31,455 nucleotides of DNA from an uncultured Planctomycetota bacterium (GCA_947311175.1 CAMZKK010000104.1:1-31455), one strand, 5' to 3'; positions 9,238-18,364 are shown, counted from the first letter of the stretch. Numbers and translations: made by a program. Notes: generated by a model from the sequence alone, not told the origin.

Positions 9238-9996
9238 ATGGAGCAACTTTTTGACTGCAATGCTTATTTAGGGCATTGGCCATTTAGAAAACTTAGACAT
9301 AACACCGCAACCGGTCTTTTGAAATTAATGGATAGTGCTGAAATAGATAAGGCAATTGTTTCTTCGATTGATTCCATATTCTACAAAAATTGTCAACCGG
9401 GAAATATTGACCTTTTTATGCAAATTAAGAAACATCGTGATAGATTAATTCCATTTGCGGTAATTAATCCTCATTATTCAGGGTGGGAGGATGACTTAAA
9501 AGAATGTGTTGAAAAATTTAAAATTGAGGGAATAGCACTTTATCCAAGCGTTCATGGTTATTCATTAAATGATGTGTGTGCAGATGAGCTTTTGAGGCAA
9601 GCGGAACAGCTAGAGTTACCAATTGCATTGTCGCTACGAATTGTCGATACGAGACAAGGGCATTGGCTTTTTCAGGTGCCAAATATATCTTCGGCAGAAG
9701 TTGCTCAAGTGGCAAAAAAATATCCAAATATATCTTTTATAATTAGGGATGCCGATGCCGATGATATTGGAAATAAATTGATTAAATTTGCAAATTGTTA
9801 CTTTGATATTTCACGAATAGATATCTCAACAGAATATTCACTTGTTACAAAGAGTAATATTGACAAATTTATTTTTGGGACACAGATTCCATTCAAAGAA
9901 CCAATGCCGGTTATTCTTAAGATAAAACTAAACAAGTTGACAGAAGAAATGGGTAATAAAATTAGAAAACAAAATCTTGAATCATTAATATTTTAA
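9238..9996 (+). CDS. Amidohydrolase-fold protein with degenerate metal ligands
   Basis: FDCNAYLGHWPFR N-terminus, NEEL-like region (NIDL), INPHYSGW, FIFGT; HxH replaced by NAY and the barrel-end Asp replaced by Gln; starts 2 nt after the upstream stop. Confidence 0.8.
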   Translation: MEQLFDCNAYLGHWPFRKLRHNTATGLLKLMDSAEIDKAIVSSIDSIFYKNCQPGNIDLFMQIKKHRDRLIPFAVINPHYSGWEDDLKECVEKFKIEGIALYPSVHGYSLNDVCADELLRQAEQLELPIALSLRIVDTRQGHWLFQVPNISSAEVAQVAKKYPNISFIIRDADADDIGNKLIKFANCYFDISRIDISTEYSLVTKSNIDKFIFGTQIPFKEPMPVILKIKLNKLTEEMGNKIRKQNLESLIF

Positions 9997-10009
9997 AAGA
10001 AGGCAAGGT

Positions 10010-10927
10010 ATGAAACTTGATGATTTTTTACATCCAAAATGTATTGCGGTAAATGTTGAGACAGAAGATAAATGGGAAGTTTTTTCTATAATTGCTGATA
10101 TGATAAATAATTCAGGAGTATTAGATAATCAAATTGTTGATAGGGATTTATTACTCAATGAAATGATAGATCGAGAAAAATCACAAAGCACTGCCCTTGG
10201 AGAGGGTCTTGCAATTCCTCATGCAAGAATAAAAGGCTTTGAGGGAATGATTATGGCATTAATCACTTTTAAAAAACCAATTTCATTTGGGGCATTAGAT
10301 AATAAACCGGTTAGTATTTTATGGGCAATTATTGTTGCTGAAGACAAACCAACCCTTGCCCTTCAGGCATATTCAAAGATTTATGCTTTGATGCAGGATG
10401 CAGCGATTAGAAAATATTTTGAAACAGCTGATAGTGTTGACACCATCAAAAATTATTTTACTAAAAAATGTATTACTGTTGGAGGGGTATTAACTGCTCG
10501 CGATATAATGAGAGAGCCATGTACTCATATTTCTCCAGATATGCCTTTACGAAAAGTTGTTCAGGAAATGCGAATTCATAAGACAGAAGCAGTTGCGGTA
10601 GAAGATGCAAATAAACGTATTCTTGGTGAAATTACCTGTGATTGGTTGTTCCAGTTTGGCATTCCCGATTTTTTTAATCAATTACAAAGTGTTGCCTTTA
10701 TTAATCGGTTTGATCCATTTGAAAAATATTTTAACGAAGAATCTAAATCGACAGCCGGTGATATAATGCAACAAAATTATGCAACAATACCACCAGATGC
10801 AACAATAATTGAAGTAGTGTTTATCCTAACGGTAAAAAAGCATATCCAAGTTTATGTGGTTGAAGAAGGGCGTTGCATTGGAGTTATTGATAGAACAGAA
10901 GTGTTGGATAGAATATTAGATTTTTAA
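10010..10927 (+). CDS. PTS EIIA (Ntr/fructose-type) domain fused to a CBS-domain pair
   Basis: REKSQSTALGEGLAIPHARI (phospho-His) followed by two CBS repeats (TARDIM..., GEIT; TAGDIM..., GVIDRTEVL). Confidence 0.88.
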   Translation: MKLDDFLHPKCIAVNVETEDKWEVFSIIADMINNSGVLDNQIVDRDLLLNEMIDREKSQSTALGEGLAIPHARIKGFEGMIMALITFKKPISFGALDNKPVSILWAIIVAEDKPTLALQAYSKIYALMQDAAIRKYFETADSVDTIKNYFTKKCITVGGVLTARDIMREPCTHISPDMPLRKVVQEMRIHKTEAVAVEDANKRILGEITCDWLFQFGIPDFFNQLQSVAFINRFDPFEKYFNEESKSTAGDIMQQNYATIPPDATIIEVVFILTVKKHIQVYVVEEGRCIGVIDRTEVLDRILDF

Positions 10928-10945
10928 TGGAAAAGGGAAATTTTT

Positions 10946-12259
10946 ATGATTACTGCGATAGTAATTTTTGCAATAACCTATATTTTTATTGCCAGTGAAA
11001 AGGTAGATAAAACAATTGCCGCAATGCTTGGAGCAACTGCAATTATATTTGCCGGGCAAATTGAATATCAAGAAGCACTTCATAAAATTGATTTGAATGT
11101 TATTTATCTATTGGTTGGGATGATGATTATTGTTCACATTCTGGCAACAACCGGTCTTTTTGAGTGGATTGCGGTATCGGTTGCACAAAAGGTCCACGGT
11201 AGGGCAATTCCTCTTTTGGTTTTGTTGCTAACCGTTACAGCCATCCTTTCAGCAGTTTTAGATAATGTAACAACTATTATTTTGATTGCTCCAATAACTA
11301 TTCTCATAACTCAAATTCTTGAAATAAATGCAGTCCCATTTTTAATTTTAGAAGCAGTTTTTTCTAATATAGGTGGCACAGCTACTCTTGTTGGCGATCC
11401 TCCAAATGTTTTGATAGGTTCACAGACACATCTTGAGTTTAATGATTTTATAATTCATTTAGGACCAATTGTTGCGATTATTTGTGTGGTAGCAATGCCA
11501 CTTGTAATATTAATAATCAAAAAACATTTGGTTGTTAGTGATGCCACTAGAGAACGAATAATGGAAGCTAGACCTGAATTAGCAATTATTTATCCGGGAA
11601 GATTAGTGATTGCCCTTGTTGTTTTTGGTTTTGTTTTGGCTGGGTTTTTCCTTAGTCAAAAAATAGGGATAGAACCGGGGCTGGTTGCCATTGCCGGAGC
11701 ATTTTTAATGACTTTGTGTTGTGGCTTGAAACCATCAGAAGTGCTTGCCGAAGTTGAATGGGGAACCATCTTTTTTTTCTTAGGGCTATTTATGTTAATT
11801 GGAGCTTTAGATCATGTTGGAGTGTTTAAATATCTTGGCACAGTAATTCTGCATCTAACAAGTGGTAATCTCCTTTGGACCTGTATTGCCATAATGTGGT
11901 TTAGTGCTATTTTTAGCGCCTTGGTGGATAATATTCCACTTGTGATGGCAATGATTCCATTGATTAGAAGTATTGTCCCGTTGTTTTTAACTCAGATGGG
12001 ATTGGAAGCAGACAGCGAAACAGCGAGATTGGTGATAACCGAACCACTTTACTGGAGCCTTGCCTTAGGAGCGTGTCTTGGTGGCAATGGCAGTCTGGTT
12101 GGGGCATCTGCAAACATTGTTGTGGCACAAATTGCTCGTAAAAATAAATACAAACTTTCATTTTGGGATTTTACTCGTTACGGAATGCCAATTATGCTTG
12201 TTAGTTTGTTGATTAGCACCGCTTATGTTTATCTCAGATACTTTTATGTCCGAGCATAA
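10946..12259 (+). CDS. ArsB/NhaD (CitMHS/SLC13-like) permease
   Basis: About 11-12 hydrophobic segments; SAVLDNVTT, SNIGGTATLVGDPPN, SALVDNIP, ACLGGNGSLVGASAN. Confidence 0.9.
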   Translation: MITAIVIFAITYIFIASEKVDKTIAAMLGATAIIFAGQIEYQEALHKIDLNVIYLLVGMMIIVHILATTGLFEWIAVSVAQKVHGRAIPLLVLLLTVTAILSAVLDNVTTIILIAPITILITQILEINAVPFLILEAVFSNIGGTATLVGDPPNVLIGSQTHLEFNDFIIHLGPIVAIICVVAMPLVILIIKKHLVVSDATRERIMEARPELAIIYPGRLVIALVVFGFVLAGFFLSQKIGIEPGLVAIAGAFLMTLCCGLKPSEVLAEVEWGTIFFFLGLFMLIGALDHVGVFKYLGTVILHLTSGNLLWTCIAIMWFSAIFSALVDNIPLVMAMIPLIRSIVPLFLTQMGLEADSETARLVITEPLYWSLALGACLGGNGSLVGASANIVVAQIARKNKYKLSFWDFTRYGMPIMLVSLLISTAYVYLRYFYVRA

Positions 12260-12297
12260 TTATAAATTTAGCCGCGAATGACGCTAATTTAAATAGT

Positions 12298-12350
12298 AAA
12301 AAGGGACGCTTCCCTATTTTAATTAGGAAGCGTCCCTTTTTTCCTTTTTT
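12298..12350. terminator. Bidirectional rho-independent terminator between the permease and xerC
   Basis: GGGACGCTTCC (12303-12313) / GGAAGCGTCCC (12326-12336) stem flanked by an A run and a T run; the genes converge. Confidence 0.85.
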
Positions 12351-12422
12351 GTAATCAAAACTGCCTTTAGCGATAGCTAAAGCACCTTCATTTTTATTCT
12401 CAATTTTTAATTTTTAATTAAA

Positions 12423-13379
12423 TCATGCCGTCTTAGACATTTCCGGGTTATTGTTATCTTCGTTAGCTCTTGGATGGGATTGATAGTATTGTTTACTAAT
12501 TTCAGTAAGGGAAAGATGAGTATAATTTTGAGTTGTTGAAATGTTTTCGTGCCCTAATAATTCTTGTACAATTCTAAGGTCAGCCCCTTTTGAAAGTAAG
12601 TGCGTAGCAAAACTATGTCGTAATGTATGTGGGGTAATATCTCCCGGTAATCCAGCCTCAGCAATATAACGAACTAATATTCTTCGAATACTTCTGGTTG
12701 TTAATCTTCCCCCTCGATGATTTACAAATAAGGCAGCGGTCTTTCTTGTATTTTTGGGAAATTGGTATAATTTAATTTTTAAATATTTTTCGATTGCAGA
12801 GATAGCATAACTACCAAGGGGATTAATTCTTTCTTTTTTCCCTTTACCCCTTATTTTGATAGAGGCAGAGGCTAATCTAAAATCTTCTTCATCTAAACCT
12901 ACTAATTCAAAACTTCTTAATCCTGCACTATAAAGTAATTCAAGAATAGTTTTATCTCTACATCCAATAAAAGACTCTGTTTCAGGAGTATTAATTAATG
13001 TTTCAACTTGAGGAATAGATAAGTAATTTGGTAATTTTTTTTCAAATCTCGGTGTCCGGATATTAACTAATGGCGAGATTTGAACAATATTTCTTTTTAA
13101 TAAAAATTTATAAATACTACGCATCGATGCCAGTTTTCGAGCCACGGTTCGTTTGCTTATACCTGTTTCTTCAAGTTCTGCGAGAAAACTTCTTATGATA
13201 AGATGATTTAAATCTTTTGGAAATAAAGCAAGCTCACCACTTGTTTTTAGATAGTTTAAAAATTGAGTTAAATCTGCCTTATAGTTACGAATGGTATGTT
13301 CAGACATATTTCGTTCATTGATTAAGTAACGAAAAAACATATCGACACAGGGGTGTTCGATATTTAAATTTGTAGCCAA
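12423..13379 (-). CDS. xerC: Tyrosine recombinase XerC-like
   Basis: N-terminal SAM-like domain (SEHTIRNYKADL), RDKTILELLYSAGLR, IRGKGKKER, HTLRHSFATHLL, VQELLGH, TTQNYTH; TTG start with AGGAG RBS. Confidence 0.88.
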   Translation of the reverse strand: MATNLNIEHPCVDMFFRYLINERNMSEHTIRNYKADLTQFLNYLKTSGELALFPKDLNHLIIRSFLAELEETGISKRTVARKLASMRSIYKFLLKRNIVQISPLVNIRTPRFEKKLPNYLSIPQVETLINTPETESFIGCRDKTILELLYSAGLRSFELVGLDEEDFRLASASIKIRGKGKKERINPLGSYAISAIEKYLKIKLYQFPKNTRKTAALFVNHRGGRLTTRSIRRILVRYIAEAGLPGDITPHTLRHSFATHLLSKGADLRIVQELLGHENISTTQNYTHLSLTEISKQYYQSHPRANEDNNNPEMSKTA

Positions 13380-13444
13380 AGGTGACTCCTAAATAAAAGT
13401 TTTGTAATCCATTTTATGCCGGCAAATCCATTTGCGAATATTAG

Positions 13445-13475
13445 TATTATCGGTCATTAAAGAGGTTTAACTCAG
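13445..13475 (-). promoter_or_regulatory. Repeated upstream element copy 1 (CTGA-N-ACCGATAA, sigma28-like -10)
   Basis: 14-bp exact match TATTATCGGTCATT shared with 19488-19501, plus a shared GAGG...TCAG flank. Confidence 0.5.
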
Positions 13476-13554
13476 TGTTTTCATAATTTCCGATAGATGT
13501 TGATTCAATTTTCTCTTTTAAAATTTCAGGTAATAAATAAATTCCAAAAGTCAT

Positions 13555-14730
13555 TTATTTTTTAGATTGCCTTGTATTATAAATTGCAACAAGTTCTTTA
13601 TTGCTTGGATCATAATGTTTTTTTTCTTTGACAGAAGTAGCTCTTTCTCGCTCATCTAATAATGCCATTGTTTTTTCTGATTTAAAACATGACCAGACTT
13701 TACCTCCCCTACCATCGTCGATTTTTAAAACAAAGATATTTTCTGCTTCATTGTAAATGGCAAAATTATCTGTTCCTTGGAAAAAATCTAAAATGCGACA
13801 CCTATTAATATGAAGAAGATCAATAAGTGCATAAATATTATATCTTGCAGTTTTTTCAACTCCTTCACGTTTATGATGAATAAGCCCTCTCTCGTATTCT
13901 TCAGTGAGAATTACACATAATCGTTTATTTGTTGAATTAAATGCAGAAACAATTGAATGAAGAACTGAAACATATCCAGCAAATTGATGAATAGTTGCTT
14001 CTTCATCTTTTGGAATATTCATTGCGGTTCGTCCCATAAGGCGAGTGCTAAAATTGATAATATGTTCAACCGGACGAAAGTTTTGTTTTATTTTTTCATT
14101 TGTTTTATATAGTTCTAAATGAGTCATTAGTTTTTGCAGAGAGATTTTTGCTAAATTTTCACTTGCAGTTTTCACTCTTTCAAAAAAATAAGTTCTAAGC
14201 TTTTCTTCTTCAGAATCGTTAATATCAAATTTTTTATTTATTATTAGTGATTGATACTCATCTTCTTTCATATAGGGTATACCAAAGTGTCGAGCATATA
14301 TTCCTAATAATATAATCATCATATTTTCTTGTAAACTATTTACAATTTCAGATTTACCATAACATGCACAAGCCTGAATTAATGTGGCAAGCGCATTGCT
14401 GTTTTTAATAAATTTATCAAGCTTTCTTTTTTTTAAATTTATTAACATTAAATAAATACTTGGAATCTCAATAATTTCATGAATATTATGTGCAAAAATA
14501 ATTTTTGATTTTTCTTTTGGTAAATGAAAAGAGTGAAGAGTGTTTTCAACATATAAAATAATTTCTTTTTTTATTTCATCTAATTCAGCAAATTTATCAG
14601 GGGGGATATCTTTGTATATTTTTGCATAGATATCATTTTCAAGATTATTATCTCTAACTATTGTCTTACCATGAAATATTGTTTGATAGGTTCGTTGTTT
14701 TTTCTTTTTAAATAATGATTCAAAAATCAA
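13555..14730 (-). CDS. Hypothetical protein (391 aa, no recognised domain)
   Basis: Long ORF, TTG start with AAGGG upstream, 23 bp after the kinase-like gene stop. Confidence 0.75.
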   Translation of the reverse strand: MIFESLFKKKKQRTYQTIFHGKTIVRDNNLENDIYAKIYKDIPPDKFAELDEIKKEIILYVENTLHSFHLPKEKSKIIFAHNIHEIIEIPSIYLMLINLKKRKLDKFIKNSNALATLIQACACYGKSEIVNSLQENMMIILLGIYARHFGIPYMKEDEYQSLIINKKFDINDSEEEKLRTYFFERVKTASENLAKISLQKLMTHLELYKTNEKIKQNFRPVEHIINFSTRLMGRTAMNIPKDEEATIHQFAGYVSVLHSIVSAFNSTNKRLCVILTEEYERGLIHHKREGVEKTARYNIYALIDLLHINRCRILDFFQGTDNFAIYNEAENIFVLKIDDGRGGKVWSCFKSEKTMALLDERERATSVKEKKHYDPSNKELVAIYNTRQSKK

Positions 14731-14753
14731 AGTATTCCCTTTCTGGATTCTAT

Positions 14754-16016
14754 TTACGATAACGCCTTATTCACTGCATCTCTTAATAATTTAGCTTCTA
14801 TCGGACGTTCTAAAATTTTAGCAATATTTAATGTGGAATCTCTTTTTAGGAGATAGCTATTTTTTCCCCCACGAGTGATAATTACCGGCATTTTTGAATT
14901 TCTCTTAATAAGAGTTTTAATTAAATCTTTGCCATTGATACCGGGTAGTTTAAGTCCGGTTATTAATAAGTCGATTTTTTTATTTTTGGTGGCTTCAATA
15001 GCTACTTTTGAGTTTTTGGTGGTGAAGGTATTGAAGCCAAGTCTATGGACAACTTCATGAATGAATTTAACATTGTATTGCTGGTGATCACAAATCAAAA
15101 CATTCATTTTATGCCTAATCCCCAAAATTTCACGAGTGGCAAAAATTAAAGTACTTCCCTTTTTTAACTTTTCAGAACTGTTTCCAATCAACTCAGGTTT
15201 TATTATTGTGTTAAGACAAGCAATTAATTCATTAGGAGATTGAATTCTTTTATCCGGATTTTTTTCAAGCAGACTGTGAACTATTTCCTCTATTGATTCC
15301 GGTAGCTCATTGCCAACAATATCTCTAATTGGCCATGGTTGTTCAGTCCTATGGTAATGAATATATTCCAGTGCATCTTTACAGGCAAAAATGGGTTTCC
15401 CTGCAAGCAGATGGTAAAATACTGCTCCGAGGCTATATAAATCTCCTCTGATATCCGGTATTCCTTCTCCAACTTCTGGACAAGTATATGGACCGATATT
15501 GACCAATGCTCCCTCAGCAGTAATTGTATTATCTTGTGCCTCGCTAAGTCTTGCTAACCCAAAACCTAACATAGCAACCTTTCCGCCAGGGCTTAACATT
15601 ATGTGAGATGGTTCTATTTTACGGTGAACAATATTTTTTGAATGAGCATATTCCATTGCCTGCGCAATTTGGAGAATTATATCGCAGGCAGCTTTGTATT
15701 TTATTTTATGTTTAACTTTTAGAATATTATCAAGGCTTTTCCCCGATAAATATTCCATCAACATATACGAAGTTTTTCCCTCTAAACCTGCGGCATAAGT
15801 TTGCACAATATTTGGATGCTCTAACTTTACAGCCAATTCCCCACCTCTGATAAATCTACGGGCAGTAGGACTTGTTACAGAAAATCTAGGCTCAAGAATT
15901 TTTATCATTACCGGTTGGTTAAGTTCATTACTATGTGCCTTGTAAAGAATACTGTGTTCACTTTTTGATTGGGTTTTTTCAATTATACAACCGCCAAGAT
16001 TTTTAGAAAGACTCAT
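14754..16016 (-). CDS. Ser/Thr kinase-fold pseudokinase fused to a C-terminal pseudo-receiver domain
   Basis: VMIK, EHPNIV, MEY, YTCPE, DLYSLG present, but HRD is HRK and DFG is GFG; receiver fold VLICDH...DLLITGLKLPGING...ERP. Confidence 0.85.
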   Translation of the reverse strand: MSLSKNLGGCIIEKTQSKSEHSILYKAHSNELNQPVMIKILEPRFSVTSPTARRFIRGGELAVKLEHPNIVQTYAAGLEGKTSYMLMEYLSGKSLDNILKVKHKIKYKAACDIILQIAQAMEYAHSKNIVHRKIEPSHIMLSPGGKVAMLGFGLARLSEAQDNTITAEGALVNIGPYTCPEVGEGIPDIRGDLYSLGAVFYHLLAGKPIFACKDALEYIHYHRTEQPWPIRDIVGNELPESIEEIVHSLLEKNPDKRIQSPNELIACLNTIIKPELIGNSSEKLKKGSTLIFATREILGIRHKMNVLICDHQQYNVKFIHEVVHRLGFNTFTTKNSKVAIEATKNKKIDLLITGLKLPGINGKDLIKTLIKRNSKMPVIITRGGKNSYLLKRDSTLNIAKILERPIEAKLLRDAVNKALS

Positions 16017-17206
16017 TATATATCCTCCCAGGTCGCATCTTGACTATTTGGGATTAAATGATCAATTCGGCGATTATCAGCCATAATGACACACATGTCA
16101 GGATATTTACAGGTGTTAATTTCTTGTTGTTTAGCCTCTGGTACAATTCCCCCCTTAGGGTCTTTGAGGAGAATAATTCTTGGCCTGAATGGGTGTTTAG
16201 GATCAAAGTCGGTTACCATCGCGGTGTGACCGGTATTTAAAACAACTTTACTTCCAAGTGGAAATGGTGGCATAATTTTATTTAAGGCATTTAAAATCTT
16301 TGGATCAAAATGATGTTTGCGTGGATTATTTAATTCTTCGAGTGCCTCAATCTGGAGATAATTACAATTGCCAACAAGTGAATCGAAGGCGTTAGCAACA
16401 TTTACTATTCTAGAAAAGACATGAACCTCACTTCCGTTAGGAATAAAGTTTGTTAAATCATCACACTTATTTGGATAACCTGTATTGTCAAAATTTAAAT
16501 GATGACAAAGAGCCATATTCGCCGTGATTGCACCGAGTTGTTCTTTTAATATCTTATGACCCTTTAAGGTGTGTGTTTTTAATAATTCTGTTTCAGCACT
16601 AGACAATGTCCATGGAGGGCAATTGCGGATTTTCTCATCAATCTGAAGTTTTCCAATATCATGAAGTAATGCCCCTAAACCAAGAGGGGCGAATTCAGTT
16701 GCGAGTTCTGTTCCAGCACTTTTTTTTCGTTCTTCAAATATATAATTTTCTGCTTCAAGCCCAATAAGCATTGAAAGATAACAAACATTTCCGCCATGAA
16801 ATAATATGTCATTGCTACCAATTCTGATATCATCAAGCATACAATAAACCCGATTATTTTCATTGATTGATTGAAAAATATCTATTACTCGATCACGATA
16901 AGCAGCGAATGAACCGGTATATGAAATATCTGAACTGATATTTGCAAAGGTCTTTTTTAATTCACCAAGAGTTTTTCTTGCCGAGGTAAAATTTTCTTCT
17001 TTTATAATATTTTCTAAATATCCAAGCCCATCTCCTTTCACCCAAAGTGAACGAATTCCCATTCTTCGTAAGGCATTAATTATTCTTGAGGTAAGGGTAA
17101 CGCCACGCTTTAAAAGAGGAGAGTCCGGATTAGAGGGATTTAATACAGAGCGTGCTAAAATATCATTAGAATTAGCATCTGTGATAGGTATTCTCAGCAT
17201 GTACAT
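16016..17206 (-). CDS. HD-GYP domain protein (RpfG-like, partly degenerate)
   Basis: LLHDIGK, HTLKG, HHLNFDNTGYP, SRIVNVANAFD, C-terminal PFPLGSKVVLNTG domain; start may be 17206 or 17200. Confidence 0.87.
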   Translation of the reverse strand: MYMLRIPITDANSNDILARSVLNPSNPDSPLLKRGVTLTSRIINALRRMGIRSLWVKGDGLGYLENIIKEENFTSARKTLGELKKTFANISSDISYTGSFAAYRDRVIDIFQSINENNRVYCMLDDIRIGSNDILFHGGNVCYLSMLIGLEAENYIFEERKKSAGTELATEFAPLGLGALLHDIGKLQIDEKIRNCPPWTLSSAETELLKTHTLKGHKILKEQLGAITANMALCHHLNFDNTGYPNKCDDLTNFIPNGSEVHVFSRIVNVANAFDSLVGNCNYLQIEALEELNNPRKHHFDPKILNALNKIMPPFPLGSKVVLNTGHTAMVTDFDPKHPFRPRIILLKDPKGGIVPEAKQQEINTCKYPDMCVIMADNRRIDHLIPNSQDATWEDI

Positions 17207-18312
17207 GCCTCACGCAAAATAATTGCAATATCTTCTTTGTAAACTTTGCGAGGATTTGCCCTTGTGTTTCCAGACAATAATGTTTCCTCTGCAATTTCCT
17301 CTATATCATTATTGGTTAAAGTAATTTCGCTAAGATCTTTGGGGAGTCCTAATTTTTTTAACATTGCTTTACAAAAAAATGAAATATCATTACTGACAAT
17401 TCCTGAAAGAAGGTCGTATTGTTGCGGTGCAAAATTTTTGTTGTAAAGTAAAACATAAGGTAAAAGAATGCCACATATTTTACCGTGACCAATGCCTGTC
17501 CTTATTCCAAGTGGATGAGCTATTCCATGCACCAAACCTAATTGAGAATTTGCCAAAGCCATTCCTGCCATTAGACTTCCGGTGGCACAATTTTTAGCCG
17601 CTTCTTCATTGTTATTTGAAAAGACAAAATCTTCAATACTGCTGGCAATAAGGGCAACTGCACCAAAAGATAATGACTCTGTAATTGGACTAGAATTAGT
17701 CGATAGAAAACTTTCAATCCCTTGAGATAAGGCATCAAGTCCTGATTCAGCTTTTATTTTTTCCGGTGCATTTTTTCCTAAATCAGAGTCAACAATTACT
17801 AAATTTGCAAAAAATGAATTATGCCGAATGCTTTTTTTTATTTTTTTAACACTATCTGATAAAACTGCATTTGAAGTAACTTCACTACCGCTTCCAAAGG
17901 TAGAAGGAATGGCAACAAATGGAATTCCATTTCCAGAGATTTTTTCTTTCTCATGTAAAAATTGATTAGTACTTGCAGATTCTTTGATTAATCCGGCGGT
18001 GGCTTTTGCTACATCAAGAACACTTCCTCCGCCAATTCCGATAATTATGTTGGCTTTAAAATCAAGTGCCGATGTTCTTGTTTGATCAACTATTGTAAAT
18101 TCATCCTCAGATTTTATACCTGGAAAAACCTTTGTCTCAATTCCTTCTTGATTTAACATCAATTCAAGTCTTGCAATAAATCCTTGTTCTTGCATAGCTT
18201 TTTCACCGGTAACAATAAATGCTCTATTCCCAATCTCGGCAATTGCTTGCTGACAATTATTAAAAGCTCCTGTTCCACTAGTTATAATCGGAGATGTTTT
18301 AAATATATTCAT
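17194..18312 (-). CDS. Iron-containing alcohol dehydrogenase family protein
   Basis: IGIGGGSVLDVAKA, IPSTFGSGSEVT, GLDALSQGIES, LVHGIAHPLG, GHG. Confidence 0.92.
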   Translation of the reverse strand: MNIFKTSPIITSGTGAFNNCQQAIAEIGNRAFIVTGEKAMQEQGFIARLELMLNQEGIETKVFPGIKSEDEFTIVDQTRTSALDFKANIIIGIGGGSVLDVAKATAGLIKESASTNQFLHEKEKISGNGIPFVAIPSTFGSGSEVTSNAVLSDSVKKIKKSIRHNSFFANLVIVDSDLGKNAPEKIKAESGLDALSQGIESFLSTNSSPITESLSFGAVALIASSIEDFVFSNNNEEAAKNCATGSLMAGMALANSQLGLVHGIAHPLGIRTGIGHGKICGILLPYVLLYNKNFAPQQYDLLSGIVSNDISFFCKAMLKKLGLPKDLSEITLTNNDIEEIAEETLLSGNTRANPRKVYKEDIAIILREACTC

Positions 18313-18364
18313 AACGTTTCCTATTTAATATTATGCAATAATTGCAAATTATAACTGAAAATGA

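Noticed and set aside
12266-12384. AGCCGCGAATGACGCTAAT fragment and small CTTTAGC-GATA-GCTAAAG hairpin as REP elements
   Set aside because: Single, short, degenerate copies beside a clear terminator; insufficient support.
12423-13379. Tyrosine recombinase as the integrase of a prophage or island
   Set aside because: Motifs and length fit housekeeping XerC; no att repeats, tRNA, phage or conjugation genes nearby.
17194-18312. Fe-ADH DALSQ (His to Gln) as another dead enzyme
   Set aside because: D-x3-Q occurs in known Fe-ADH subfamilies, and the other His ligands and the GGGS motif are intact.
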